Part shown: piece by piece, positions 1 to 8,736 of the stretch
How positions within the stretch are numbered: position 1 is the first letter of the stretch
How the letters are laid out: each line of letters begins with the position of its first letter
IMG/VR virus record: IMGVR_UViG_3300034092_001286
Span: 1-63,461 of that record
Length of the DNA stretch: 63,461 nucleotides
Source of the DNA: a virus
Lineage: Duplodnaviria; Caudoviricetes
Strand: one strand, 5' to 3'
Translations under genes and position numbers: made by a program
The notes under the pieces: model-generated
What the model was told of the DNA's origin: nothing
What the model saw: only the letters and a program-made list of their open reading frames with translations
Database searches by the model: none

Positions 1-127
1 TCAGGTGCGCCCATTTCCACCGATCCCGATCATCTGTTTGTAGGCATCTTCAGGAGCGAGCGTCACGTCAGCTTTGCTCTGGATAGGCGGCAGGTCATCA
101 GCGCCACCAAGGGCGAGCTTGTCGCCG
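1..127. repeat. 127-bp direct terminal repeat, copy 1 (circular-assembly overlap)
   Basis: Identical to 63335-63461; 127 is a common assembler k-mer; the repeat lies inside terS/terL coding sequence. Confidence 0.95.
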
Positions 128-483
128 TACTGGCGGGCCTTGAGCTTGGACAGGAGCCACTTGCGGGACTCGACGCGCAGTCGGCGATGATCGGTCATAT
201 CGCGCGTCTCGATCTCTCGGCCGAGTATCTTGTCCTTGACGATCTGGCCGACGTGCTGCTCGTCCGATATTTCGACGATATCCTCTTCCCAGTGACGATA
301 CAAAGCGCCGCGCGCTTCCTCATACTGTCCGAGCCACTCTGAATTTGCGTGGCACCAATCCCACACCGACGAGATCGGTACGCCATGCATCGCTGCAGCC
401 TTGCGTGCCGTCATTCCATCCTTCATGGAACGGCACACAAGCGCAACGTACATAGCCTTCTCGTCGTCGGTAAATGCAGCCAT
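1..483 (-). CDS. terS: terminase small subunit
   Basis: N-terminal HTH (TARKAAAMHGVPISSVWDW), YEEAR and RLRVESRKWLLSKL..YGDK motifs of Sf6/P22-type TerS; directly upstream of terL across the circular junction; ATG at 483 preferred to 621. Confidence 0.85.
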   Translation of the reverse strand: MAAFTDDEKAMYVALVCRSMKDGMTARKAAAMHGVPISSVWDWCHANSEWLGQYEEARGALYRHWEEDIVEISDEQHVGQIVKDKILGREIETRDMTDHRRLRVESRKWLLSKLKARQYGDKLALGGADDLPPIQSKADVTLAPEDAYKQMIGIGGNGRT

Positions 484-484
484 G

Positions 485-700
485 CTAGGCAAAGCCGCTC
501 GTGAAGTCTTTGTCACCCTGCGCTTCAGCAGCGGCCGGGTCTTCACCTTGCTGCGAGTAGATCGCCTGCACCTGCTGCAGCGCCTCTTCAATCGACTGGA
601 CCGGCGTGCCCTGCGGCTCATCCATCTCTTCGGCTATCGGCTCCGTACCGACCGTGATGCCCTGCGGCGATACGCAAATCTTGATGCAGTAAGCGTCCAT
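485..700 (-). CDS. hypothetical acidic protein
   Basis: 71-aa ORF from ATG 700, abutting terS. Confidence 0.6.
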   Translation of the reverse strand: MDAYCIKICVSPQGITVGTEPIAEEMDEPQGTPVQSIEEALQQVQAIYSQQGEDPAAAEAQGDKDFTSGFA

Positions 701-768
701 AGTTTTTCTCAATCGGTTAGGCGACGGCGATAGGGTGCCCACATTTTTAACCGATGTCAAAATAATCC

Positions 769-797
769 TTGACAGCTCCAATGGAGCCATGTATAGT
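769..797 (+). promoter_or_regulatory. sigma70 early promoter with palindrome in the spacer
   Basis: TTGACA (769-774), 17 bp, TATAGT (792-797); spacer contains GCTCCA-A-TGGAGC. Confidence 0.85.
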
Positions 798-826
798 GGC
801 GTCAGTTGGGTGCATCAGTGACCCGC

Positions 827-840
827 CGCTCCTTAACAAT
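827..840 (+). promoter_or_regulatory. boxA-like antitermination element
   Basis: CGCTCCTTAACAAT, one mismatch from consensus boxA GCTCTTTAACA, ~30 nt after the promoter and preceded by a small hairpin (808-824). Confidence 0.6.
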
Positions 841-989
841 CCGATCGAAACACCCTAGCAACAAGCCGGCGCGAAGTGACGCTCACTCCCCGCTCAGTTG
901 AAGTCCGGCCAGATAACCACAGACGCAGCGCCTGCACACGCGGACGCTGCTGCGGTGGAATTAACCACCACTCACAGGAGATACAGACC

Positions 990-1226
990 ATGAAGCTCAA
1001 TCAAGTAGGGTCGAACCGCACCATCCTCACACTTAACAACGGCACGCGGATCGGCTTCTCGTATGAGACGCCCGTCGTCGCAGAAGTTGATGGTGTGACG
1101 TACAAGACGGAAAAGAAATTCAGCGTGACCACCAGCAAGCACTGCGGTCAGTTGTTGTCGGAGATGGGCAGCTACGGTGCCCCCGAACTCAAGCCGCAGG
1201 AATTCTTCGAGGCGCTGCTGCCATGA
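990..1226 (+). CDS. hypothetical early protein
   Basis: RBS CAGGAG then ATG 990; FSYETPV..TTSKH motif recalls a common phage early protein. Confidence 0.75.
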   Translation: MKLNQVGSNRTILTLNNGTRIGFSYETPVVAEVDGVTYKTEKKFSVTTSKHCGQLLSEMGSYGAPELKPQEFFEALLP

Positions 1227-1459
1227 CCACCACCGTCCGTTACACCGGCCACGGCATCAATACAGGTGGCCTGCAAGGTCACAGCGTCGGTGCCGATTAT
1301 CCGTACATGATCATCGGTATCGCCGACCGGATCGAACAGCCGACCGAATGGCAGGTCATGGATTGCCGCACCAGCAACCGCAGCGAACGCTTCCCGACCT
1401 ACCAGCGCGCAGTGATTGAGATGACATCGCTGCGCACCCGCAACCTGATGCACTCTTAG
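1223..1459 (+). CDS. hypothetical protein
   Basis: ATGA overlap with the previous gene. Confidence 0.65.
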   Translation: MTTTVRYTGHGINTGGLQGHSVGADYPYMIIGIADRIEQPTEWQVMDCRTSNRSERFPTYQRAVIEMTSLRTRNLMHS

Positions 1460-1504
1460 AGTAGCAGCCATAGCCGCGTGACAGGCGGCTATACCGGCAA
1501 CTCT
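1458..1504 (+). ncRNA. GTGACAG-loop hairpin element, copy 1
   Basis: ATAGCCGC-GTGACAG-GCGGCTAT within an outer AGAGT/ACTCT stem; intergenic. Confidence 0.65.
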
Positions 1505-1546
1505 GCCGTAACCGTAGCGGGCGGATACCCCGCATAGGAAAAACAA

Positions 1547-2611
1547 ATGTCAACACTTACACAAGCAAGCAACCAATGGGCAACGCGCCCGGCCGACGAG
1601 CGTTTCATCAGCCTGATCGGCATGCAGGATCATTTCCAGCAACAGCGCCTGCTGTCCGGCGAAAAAGTCGTGTCGTCGCGCAAGCTGATTGCATCGCCGA
1701 CCGAAGACAACAAGGGGCTGCTGATCAACGGATATGCACCGACACACTGGTCATTCGGGCAACTGGCCCAACTGGCTGAAGCACCAGCCGGCTACCTGCG
1801 CACGCTGCCGAGCCCGGTCGCTGCGGATTGCATCAACTACGGCTTGCAGTTCAAGCGCAACATCGAAGATGTCGGTGTCCTGCTCTACAAGAACGGCAGC
1901 AGCGTCTTGAAGGCTGCCACTGGCCCGCGATATGGGCGCATCTGGAACGACGACATCACCCACTCGCTGGTTAATCACTTCGGCGATGGCGTGACCGGTG
2001 ACTTCCGGGTGCCGGGAGAATTCGGCAAACAGGTTGAAGTGACCAAAGAGAACACCACGCTGTTTGCTGGCGATCGCGACATGTTCGTGTTCCTCGCCGA
2101 CGAAGAGCACCGCATCGAACTACCCAATCGCCGCAACGGCAAATCCGGCAGTCTCGCTCGTGGCTTTTTCTTCTGGAACAGCGAGGTCGGCGCACAGACT
2201 TTCGGCATGGCGAGCTTCCTCTTCGATTACGTCTGCTGCAACCGCATCGTATGGGGCGCGCAGGAGTTTCAAGAGGTCCGCATCCGTCACACGGCCAGCG
2301 CACCGGACAAGTGGCTCGGCGAGGTCATGCCAGCCCTTGAAGCGTACAGCCGCAGCAGCACCGGCAGCGTCATCGCCGCGATCGAGGATGCCCGCAAGGA
2401 CAAGCTCGACGACAAGGTGAACGACTTCCTCGCGCAACGCTTCGGCAAGCGCATGGTCGATTCGCTGCAGGCCACGCACTACGCTGAAGAGGGTCGCCCG
2501 ATTGAGTCCCGTTGGGATGTCATCACCGCCGTTACCGCACAGGCCCGCAACGTCCAGCATCAGGACGCACGGGTTGAGCTTGAGCGGCAGGCCGGCGCGC
2601 TTCTGCAGTAA
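1547..2611 (+). CDS. DUF932-like protein
   Basis: 354 aa; HWSFGQLA..AP.GYL, DRDMFVFL, RGFFFWNSEVG, VCCN and IRHT motifs typical of DUF932. Confidence 0.7.
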   Translation: MSTLTQASNQWATRPADERFISLIGMQDHFQQQRLLSGEKVVSSRKLIASPTEDNKGLLINGYAPTHWSFGQLAQLAEAPAGYLRTLPSPVAADCINYGLQFKRNIEDVGVLLYKNGSSVLKAATGPRYGRIWNDDITHSLVNHFGDGVTGDFRVPGEFGKQVEVTKENTTLFAGDRDMFVFLADEEHRIELPNRRNGKSGSLARGFFFWNSEVGAQTFGMASFLFDYVCCNRIVWGAQEFQEVRIRHTASAPDKWLGEVMPALEAYSRSSTGSVIAAIEDARKDKLDDKVNDFLAQRFGKRMVDSLQATHYAEEGRPIESRWDVITAVTAQARNVQHQDARVELERQAGALLQ

Positions 2612-2656
2612 GTGACTCAGTACAGCCGCGTGACAGGCGGCTGTCATGTACTCACT
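2611..2656 (+). ncRNA. GTGACAG-loop hairpin element, copy 2
   Basis: AGTGA-CTCAGT-ACAGCCGC-GTGACAG-GCGGCTGT-CATGTAC-TCACT between a stop codon and an RBS. Confidence 0.7.
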
Positions 2657-2673
2657 CACAGGAGGTAACAGCA

Positions 2674-3015
2674 ATGACAGACATCAACATCACCCGCTTC
2701 TACAACGAAGCCGCGCCGATGGACTACAGCGCGAGCGTCATGGAGATCGGCCAGAACGCCGGCCGCGACACATGGCGCGCAGCAATGGAAGACGCGCCCG
2801 ATTACGACCTGCTGAACAACGACGATGATCGCGAAGAGTTCCGCGCGCACGTCAAAGGTTTCGGCGCATGGTCTGACGAAGAAATTGCCGCATGGTCCGA
2901 CACGGAATTGAACGCACTGTTCATGCAACTGATCAGCGGTGACATCCGGTCAGGCGAGACAGATCGCATCTGGACCGACGAAGCAGGACAAACCTTTTAC
3001 TCAATAGGAGATTGA
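2674..3015 (+). CDS. hypothetical acidic protein
   Basis: Strong RBS AGGAGG; 113 aa. Confidence 0.75.
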   Translation: MTDINITRFYNEAAPMDYSASVMEIGQNAGRDTWRAAMEDAPDYDLLNNDDDREEFRAHVKGFGAWSDEEIAAWSDTELNALFMQLISGDIRSGETDRIWTDEAGQTFYSIGD

Positions 3016-3019
3016 CACC

Positions 3020-3262
3020 ATGAAAACCTTTCTCGCAAACCTGCAGCACGCCGCACGCACAGTAGAGCACACCCGCATCGGCGGCGGCATCTTCTCGCCG
3101 GCTGAATGTCAGCAAATTGTCACCCTGCTCCGCGACATGCAGGAAACGCTGGCGGCAATGGCATTCACCGTCGAAACCGTCGCGCACCTGCGCGGCATGG
3201 AGCAAGAACTACTGCCGGTCGCCGACAAGGCACGGGCGTTACTAACCAGAATGGAGGCATGA
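3020..3262 (+). CDS. hypothetical protein
   Basis: RBS AGGAG; tightly packed operon. Confidence 0.7.
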   Translation: MKTFLANLQHAARTVEHTRIGGGIFSPAECQQIVTLLRDMQETLAAMAFTVETVAHLRGMEQELLPVADKARALLTRMEA

Positions 3263-3681
3263 CAACCATGTACAAAATTGAAGTCACCGCAGCCGAAGCG
3301 CCGCGCCTGCTCGACTGGCTGACCAATCGCGGCGGCGTCGCGATATGGGAGTCGCTCGGTCTGTCCCGTGCAGGCGAACGTACCTTTACACCAGCCGATG
3401 CAGACCGCCCCGGCTGGCACTACTCTCAGAAGCCCGTCGAGATTGTCACCGACCGTGCCGACATCGGCGTCTATACCGAAACGCTCTACAAAGCGTTTGC
3501 TGTCGGCCTGCGCCGGTCCGGCATGACCCTGAAGCTGTCGGACGCAGCACAGCGCAAGCTGACGGCCACGATGGACGCCTGTATAGCCAAGCACGGCAAC
3601 GCGCACCATCGCAAAGGCGTTCTGGAAGACAAGGCAGCCAGCGTCGGCGTGTATTATGCCAGCGAGGTACAACCGCTATGA
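3259..3681 (+). CDS. hypothetical protein
   Basis: GGAGG RBS; ATGA overlap. Confidence 0.7.
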   Translation: MTTMYKIEVTAAEAPRLLDWLTNRGGVAIWESLGLSRAGERTFTPADADRPGWHYSQKPVEIVTDRADIGVYTETLYKAFAVGLRRSGMTLKLSDAAQRKLTATMDACIAKHGNAHHRKGVLEDKAASVGVYYASEVQPL

Positions 3682-3953
3682 CCAGCCGTATCATCAAGTA
3701 CCGTCTCGATCCGGTCAGACGCCAGACGATCGAGGTACCGGCCGGATCGTTCGTCTCGCACGTCCATGAGCAGGACGGCGCGGCAACGCTCTGGCTGATA
3801 CGCCCATCAGGCATGCTGCTGCTGCACAAGTGGCAGGTCACCTGTCTCTCGACGGGTGACAGCATTCCAGACGACGCGGGCCGCTATGTCGGCACCGCAC
3901 ACATCCACAGCGGCCGGACGGTCGTCCATGTTTTTGTAAAGGAGCCTACATAA
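3678..3953 (+). CDS. conserved phage hypothetical protein
   Basis: ATGA overlap; IIKY.L..Q...LW..TG..IP..YVGT..VVHVF pattern common in phages. Confidence 0.7.
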   Translation: MTSRIIKYRLDPVRRQTIEVPAGSFVSHVHEQDGAATLWLIRPSGMLLLHKWQVTCLSTGDSIPDDAGRYVGTAHIHSGRTVVHVFVKEPT

Positions 3954-4429
3954 TGCTGTTCAGATCACAAATCACACCAAAAGGCAACAGCAGCTACAGC
4001 TACGCATCACAGGCCGAAGCTGACGCACGCGCAGCAGCACTTGATACGAATAACTGCTCGGACTGCTCGCGCTGCTCTGTCTGCTCGGAATGCTCGCGCT
4101 GCTCGGAATGCTCGGACTGCTCGCGCTGCTCTGTCTGCGTGGAATGCTCGGACTGCTCGGACTGCTCGCGCTGCTCTGTCTGCTCGGAATGCTCGCGCTG
4201 CTCGGAATGCTCGGACTGCTCGGGTGAAGTCATTCAAGCCGGACGCCCGAACGGATGGTCATGCTACGGATGGTTGAAAGACGGCGCACTCTTTATCCAC
4301 TGCGGGTGCCGTCGTAAGACGTTCGCCGAAGCTGTCGAATACTGGTCGAACAAACCTGACCGGCTCGAAGTCTTGATGGCGTGTTACTACATCGCGTCCG
4401 TCGCACATTCCCGTGGATGGCCGACCTGA
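3953..4429 (+). CDS. Cys-rich (CSx)n repeat protein
   Basis: 19 Cys in tripeptide repeats followed by a small IHCGC domain. Confidence 0.75.
   Translation: MLFRSQITPKGNSSYSYASQAEADARAAALDTNNCSDCSRCSVCSECSRCSECSDCSRCSVCVECSDCSDCSRCSVCSECSRCSECSDCSGEVIQAGRPNGWSCYGWLKDGALFIHCGCRRKTFAEAVEYWSNKPDRLEVLMACYYIASVAHSRGWPT
4055..4222 (+). repeat. 9-bp coding tandem repeat including an exact 69-bp duplication
   Basis: TGCTCGnnn units; 4055-4123 is identical to 4154-4222. Confidence 0.95.
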
Positions 4430-4974
4430 TGCAGCCCATCACCCACAGCGATCTGATGGTGCTGATCGATACCGACATGCAGGAAATGCTGCAGTCGGTC
4501 ATTGACGAACCGACAACGCACGGCATCATCGTTCTCGATAATACCGTCTTCATTCCCTACGGGCCTAGCCATCCCTGCAAAGCACCGGCTGACGCAACGA
4601 ATGCCATGCCGCCCGCCACCTACTTCTACGTAAAGGAAAACTGCAATGGAAATCACAATCAAGATCGAACGCAAGTACGGCCGCACGCTGATCTACCCGA
4701 TCTGCCCGAAGGCGATACTGTTCGCCAAGCTGTGCCGGCAGGAAACGCTGACGCCGGGACAGATCGACGATATCAAGGCGCTCGGCTACACGGTGCGGGT
4801 CCAGCAGTTACCAGCAACCTTGTGAGCGAGGCAGAATGGGTCGATCGACTGACCCTGTTCTGCCCGCTCATCTGTTTCATCTCGTCGTCAGGTCTTCTGC
4901 TCTTTTCCGACCAGTACGGCATCGTCCGGGGTGCCTACCGTCCGATCGATGGGACGCACTACCTCACCCCCTAG
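4429..4974 (+). CDS. hypothetical protein (contains a nested out-of-frame gene)
   Basis: TGATG coupling with the upstream stop; frame open to 4974. Confidence 0.5.
   Translation: MQPITHSDLMVLIDTDMQEMLQSVIDEPTTHGIIVLDNTVFIPYGPSHPCKAPADATNAMPPATYFYVKENCNGNHNQDRTQVRPHADLPDLPEGDTVRQAVPAGNADAGTDRRYQGARLHGAGPAVTSNLVSEAEWVDRLTLFCPLICFISSSGLLLFSDQYGIVRGAYRPIDGTHYLTP
4646..4825 (+). CDS. small phage protein (59 aa, absent from the ORF track)
   Basis: AAGGA RBS; MEITIKIERKYGRTLIYPICPKAILFAKLCRQETLTPGQIDDIKALGYTV.. resembles a widespread phage family. Confidence 0.75.
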   Translation: MEITIKIERKYGRTLIYPICPKAILFAKLCRQETLTPGQIDDIKALGYTVRVQQLPATL

Positions 4975-5220
4975 CACCACATCCAAACCCTCCTCAATGG
5001 CCTTGAGCACCGATTCATGGACGAGCTTCGGCTCCCCTCCCTGATCGATGATCAAGGCCATTCCTTTTTGTGCCGCCGCGATCTGTGCAACTTCTCCGAT
5101 CCGACATGCAAACCGTACCGCCTCTTCGATCTGCATCTCGATCGTAACCTTTGCATCCGGTAGATCGAAGGCGATGTTGCCACCCTCGGTGACGCGAATA
5201 CCAATCCCACTCATGGTCAT
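4888..5220 (-). CDS. hypothetical protein
   Basis: AAGGAG RBS; overlaps the stop of the 5217-5837 gene. Confidence 0.6.
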   Translation of the reverse strand: MTMSGIGIRVTEGGNIAFDLPDAKVTIEMQIEEAVRFACRIGEVAQIAAAQKGMALIIDQGGEPKLVHESVLKAIEEGLDVVLGGEVVRPIDRTVGTPDDAVLVGKEQKT

Positions 5221-5837
5221 ACTCCTTGGTTAATGCGCGCAGCGGCTGCTGCACGCTCTTGCTCTAGCAACTGCCTGTCGGTCATCAGCGCAGCCTTGGT
5301 TGTCAGGCCGCGCCACACGCGCCCCTCTCGCACGTACCCACAGTCATCCAACACCCCGTTGAATTGTTGTTTGGAGATAGACCGCCCAAACCATTTGCAG
5401 AACGCAGCGTGCAAGTCCTTCGACGGGAGTCGAGCATAAGGATGAATCGTGCAATCAGCCGCGATCCAGTTTGTGATGCCGTCACGAACGGATGTGCCCT
5501 TGATCAGCAAACCATACCAGTAACACCCGTCGTTACGTGTCTTGCGAAGGAACCCTCGCGCGGTCAGCGCACGCCCGAATGTTTGCTTCGACAACGACGA
5601 GCCACTCCACGAAATGTAGTTGTCGTAAAGCTCGGCAGCCAACACTGCTTCCCCCGGCTGCCGATTACACCGATCTGTGATCCATTGATCGATACCGGCC
5701 GTATCTACGACAGGGGCAACTTCCTGCAACGTCTTTATCGCCGATCGCAGAACATACCGAAGGACATCACGGGATGCACCAGCACCTATCGCTTGCTGTA
5801 CTGCATTTTCGATTATCGCTTTTACGATCTGTTCCAT
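5217..5837 (-). CDS. tandem winged-helix protein similar to the primase C-terminal domain
   Basis: Two repeats I..WI...C...LY..Y/F..W....SKQ.F...L...G.....W.GL, matching the C-terminus of the 6086-8419 product. Confidence 0.7.
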   Translation of the reverse strand: MEQIVKAIIENAVQQAIGAGASRDVLRYVLRSAIKTLQEVAPVVDTAGIDQWITDRCNRQPGEAVLAAELYDNYISWSGSSLSKQTFGRALTARGFLRKTRNDGCYWYGLLIKGTSVRDGITNWIAADCTIHPYARLPSKDLHAAFCKWFGRSISKQQFNGVLDDCGYVREGRVWRGLTTKAALMTDRQLLEQERAAAAARINQGV

Positions 5838-6088
5838 GTTCTATATCTCCTGACAGATTATGACTGATTAAAATATGCTAAATAACTTCTATCATTTTTG
5901 AAGTAACTGATTCTATTAACTTTATGATAGATACTGACCGATTGACAGCAATTTCAAAGACTTTTCCCTAGTAAGACAAGATAGTTATATATTGTACAAG
6001 AATATAAAACCATAAATAACTATCTTGCTTTTCTAAGAAGACTTCTTGGAAACAGCCAAAAATCGGTCATCGTCAGTCATATCTGTCA
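5838..6088. other. putative replication origin
   Basis: Most AT-rich non-coding stretch, directly downstream of the primase-helicase, bounded by inverted repeats TGACAGAT(T)ATGACTGA (5851-5867 / 6073-6088). Confidence 0.6.
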
Positions 6089-8419
6089 TGCACGAACCGC
6101 TAGACCCGTTCGCATCGATCCATGCATCGTATGCATCTTCTTTAACCCTCGATCCGACAATCGACGACCGAACGATTGTGCTGTAAGTGGATTCTTGTAT
6201 CCGTTCTTTTCCGCCCAATCGCGATACGATGCGTACAGGAGCGATCCCATCGAAGATGCATCCGATCGTTCAACGCATCTTTCGATAATCCACTGCCCGA
6301 TCACATCCATCTCTTTACGATACTCATCTGTAGCTTCAACGATCGCTTCTGGAACTTCACCCAATCCGATCCGCTGCCATTCCATGCAACCTTCCAGCAT
6401 CCACGCAAGGATGTGCTCCGCTTCGTCACCGAAGCGATCCTTGAGAGTCTTGTCTGGATCATGGAAGATGCGCAGGAAGGGCACGAGCTTGATCCGTGAC
6501 CAGATGCCGTGGTCTGTGTTACGAATAACAGGTTTATGGTTGCCGAGCATGTTGATCTTGAACTGCGGCAGGAACGTCACAGGGTCTTTGTACAGGCCGC
6601 GTGCAGTGATGTGGTCACCACCGGTCATGGTCTTGATCAGCGCCTCATCCACGGTGGCGTCGGTCGTTTCTGACGACAATATGAACCGCGCGCCTTGCAG
6701 CTTGAACAGGTCCGGCGACGCCGCCCCACCCCCTGCCGCCGACTCTTGGAACGTCTTTTTATCAACAGTTGCAGCGTACTCACCGAGCACGGTGGCGACA
6801 GACTCGAACATGGTCCCTTTACCATTCCGCCCCATGCCGTAAGCGAAGACCAGAACCTCCTCTCTGGTGTTGCCAGTCAGGCAGTAACCAAACCACCGCT
6901 GCATCCACCGCACCAGCGCTTGGTCACCACCAAACACTTCCGACACAAACGACAGCCACCGATTGCTGCCGTCGGCGCGACCCACACCACTCACGCCAAG
7001 TGATTTGGTAATGTAGTCATCAGGACGGGCCGCCCGTACAGCGCCTGTCCGCAAGTCCAATACCTTGCGTGCCCCATCCAGTCCGCAAAGCATCGGGTCT
7101 GTATCAAGCATTGACATTGACACGCAGATGTCTGAGTAAAGCGCAAGCATGGTGATGGTATTGGTAACTGTCCGCACCTCGGCGCACTTGCGTGCCCACT
7201 TGACATAGGTGGCTGACTCCATGATGTTGCCGGCTCCCTCCTGATATATGTCGGTAGCTAGGTTTGCCGCAAGCCGCTTGACACGGGAGCCCTTCGGGTC
7301 CGACAGCCACTGCCCATCATGCCAGTACAGCCAGCCGCCAGTCTCGATGATGTACCGTAAAACACCAGCATACTTATCATGCATGCGCATGGCATTACCG
7401 TCCTCGGTCAATGGTCTGGTACTGGCCGTGCCGTCACGTGCATCACGTACAGCCTGTGGCAGGTTCGGTACGGAGAATGGTAACGACACACCACTGGTAG
7501 CCACGGGGGCTGCTGGCACCGCAGGTAGTACCACCGCCCCGCCGTTAGGGGCTGGTGGCACTGCGTTACCAGCAAACGCCACGTCAGGCGACACACTCTT
7601 CCAGCCCGTCGGTACATACGACCGCATCGTCACGGCCACACGTCCCGTCCGACCAAACGTGCCCCACTCACGCTCCAGCACCTGCCTGCCCTCGTACTTC
7701 GGCCAGCACATGCTGTACGCATCCCACATCGTCAGGCCAGCCTCGCTGCCGCCTGTCTCGTGATGCAGCGCCATGCCGACGCGCAACCATTCAGACCGGC
7801 TAGACATCTGCTCCGGTTGCACCCGACGCAGCAGGTCGTGCATCTCGTCCTCACGTAGCCCCATCGGCGGCAGCGTATCGTCAGGCATACCGTCGCGCGT
7901 CGCACTGCCCACCATCCACTGCGGACAGGCTGCCAGTGCTGCATGTGTTACAGCACCGCCGTGTGCCGGCCACCAGATGATGTAGCCACCGTCACCGCGC
8001 CGATCGATACCGGCACCGAGCATGCCTGCGTCTGTCTTGGCCTCACCTGTATCAGGCAGTCGATACAGCAGGTGCTGCCCGCCCGTCAGCGTATGGTTGA
8101 TGCGAGTGACTGGCGGCTGTAACGGCTGCACCGTCACGCGGCCGTCAATCCCCTCGGCAGGCTTGACATCCAGATCGAGCACGTACAGTCCGCTCCGAGC
8201 GCCGGTCGGCACCGCCACCAGTGCGTCAGGCCACTGCTGCCACCACCCGAGTATGACAGCCAGATCGGTCGTCGCATAGACCTGCCAGCCTGCAATGCGT
8301 GGGCTCTTGTGGTATGGCCGGCCGTCAGGTCGTGCCCCGTGTCCCTCTGGATAGCAGGGGAATACAGGTATGCCACCGGCTGCGAGGCGCAACGCCTCGT
8401 CAATAGCAGCGGCCGTCAC
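6086..8419 (-). CDS. primase-polymerase / PriCT-2 / D5-P4-family SF3 helicase
   Basis: Prim-Pol (VFPC, VLDLDVK, T.TGGQHLLY), PriCT-2 (WLRVGMALH), D5_N, Walker A GMGRNGKGT, IKTMTGGD.ITARGLY. Confidence 0.92.
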   Translation of the reverse strand: MTAAAIDEALRLAAGGIPVFPCYPEGHGARPDGRPYHKSPRIAGWQVYATTDLAVILGWWQQWPDALVAVPTGARSGLYVLDLDVKPAEGIDGRVTVQPLQPPVTRINHTLTGGQHLLYRLPDTGEAKTDAGMLGAGIDRRGDGGYIIWWPAHGGAVTHAALAACPQWMVGSATRDGMPDDTLPPMGLREDEMHDLLRRVQPEQMSSRSEWLRVGMALHHETGGSEAGLTMWDAYSMCWPKYEGRQVLEREWGTFGRTGRVAVTMRSYVPTGWKSVSPDVAFAGNAVPPAPNGGAVVLPAVPAAPVATSGVSLPFSVPNLPQAVRDARDGTASTRPLTEDGNAMRMHDKYAGVLRYIIETGGWLYWHDGQWLSDPKGSRVKRLAANLATDIYQEGAGNIMESATYVKWARKCAEVRTVTNTITMLALYSDICVSMSMLDTDPMLCGLDGARKVLDLRTGAVRAARPDDYITKSLGVSGVGRADGSNRWLSFVSEVFGGDQALVRWMQRWFGYCLTGNTREEVLVFAYGMGRNGKGTMFESVATVLGEYAATVDKKTFQESAAGGGAASPDLFKLQGARFILSSETTDATVDEALIKTMTGGDHITARGLYKDPVTFLPQFKINMLGNHKPVIRNTDHGIWSRIKLVPFLRIFHDPDKTLKDRFGDEAEHILAWMLEGCMEWQRIGLGEVPEAIVEATDEYRKEMDVIGQWIIERCVERSDASSMGSLLYASYRDWAEKNGYKNPLTAQSFGRRLSDRGLKKMHTMHGSMRTGLAVRA

Positions 8420-8730
8420 TGAGCATTCAGCGATGCTGCTGCTGCCTCACGCAGTTTCAGCGGTGCGTTACGTGCGCGGCGGTCACCGTGGGCCAGACCT
8501 TGCGCTACTACACGGAGATTACTGGTGCGGATCGCTTCGCCCATGATGGCCCGTTGCATCTGCGGCATGGTGCCTAGCCAGTGCGACACGAGCGCCGGGC
8601 TGCAGGCAGCAGCCAGTGCCACCGCATCACGGGTCACGCGCAGGTAGCCGACAGTCTCAGCCAGTCGCAGCGCAGCAGACAAGATAGCCTGTCGTCGGTC
8701 GTCGGTGCGTGAGTGGCTCATAGTATGCAT
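8416..8730 (-). CDS. TetR-like HTH DNA-binding protein
   Basis: RRQAILSAALRLA...TRDAVA.AA.CSPALVSHW. Confidence 0.7.
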   Translation of the reverse strand: MHTMSHSRTDDRRQAILSAALRLAETVGYLRVTRDAVALAAACSPALVSHWLGTMPQMQRAIMGEAIRTSNLRVVAQGLAHGDRRARNAPLKLREAAAASLNAQ

Positions 8731-8736
8731 ACCATC

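Noticed and set aside
731-760. Divergent late promoter using the minus-strand TTGACA at 760-755
   Set aside because: No acceptable -10 hexamer at 16-18 bp spacing
4055-4222. CRISPR-like array
   Set aside because: Contiguous 9-bp in-frame coding repeats with no unique spacers
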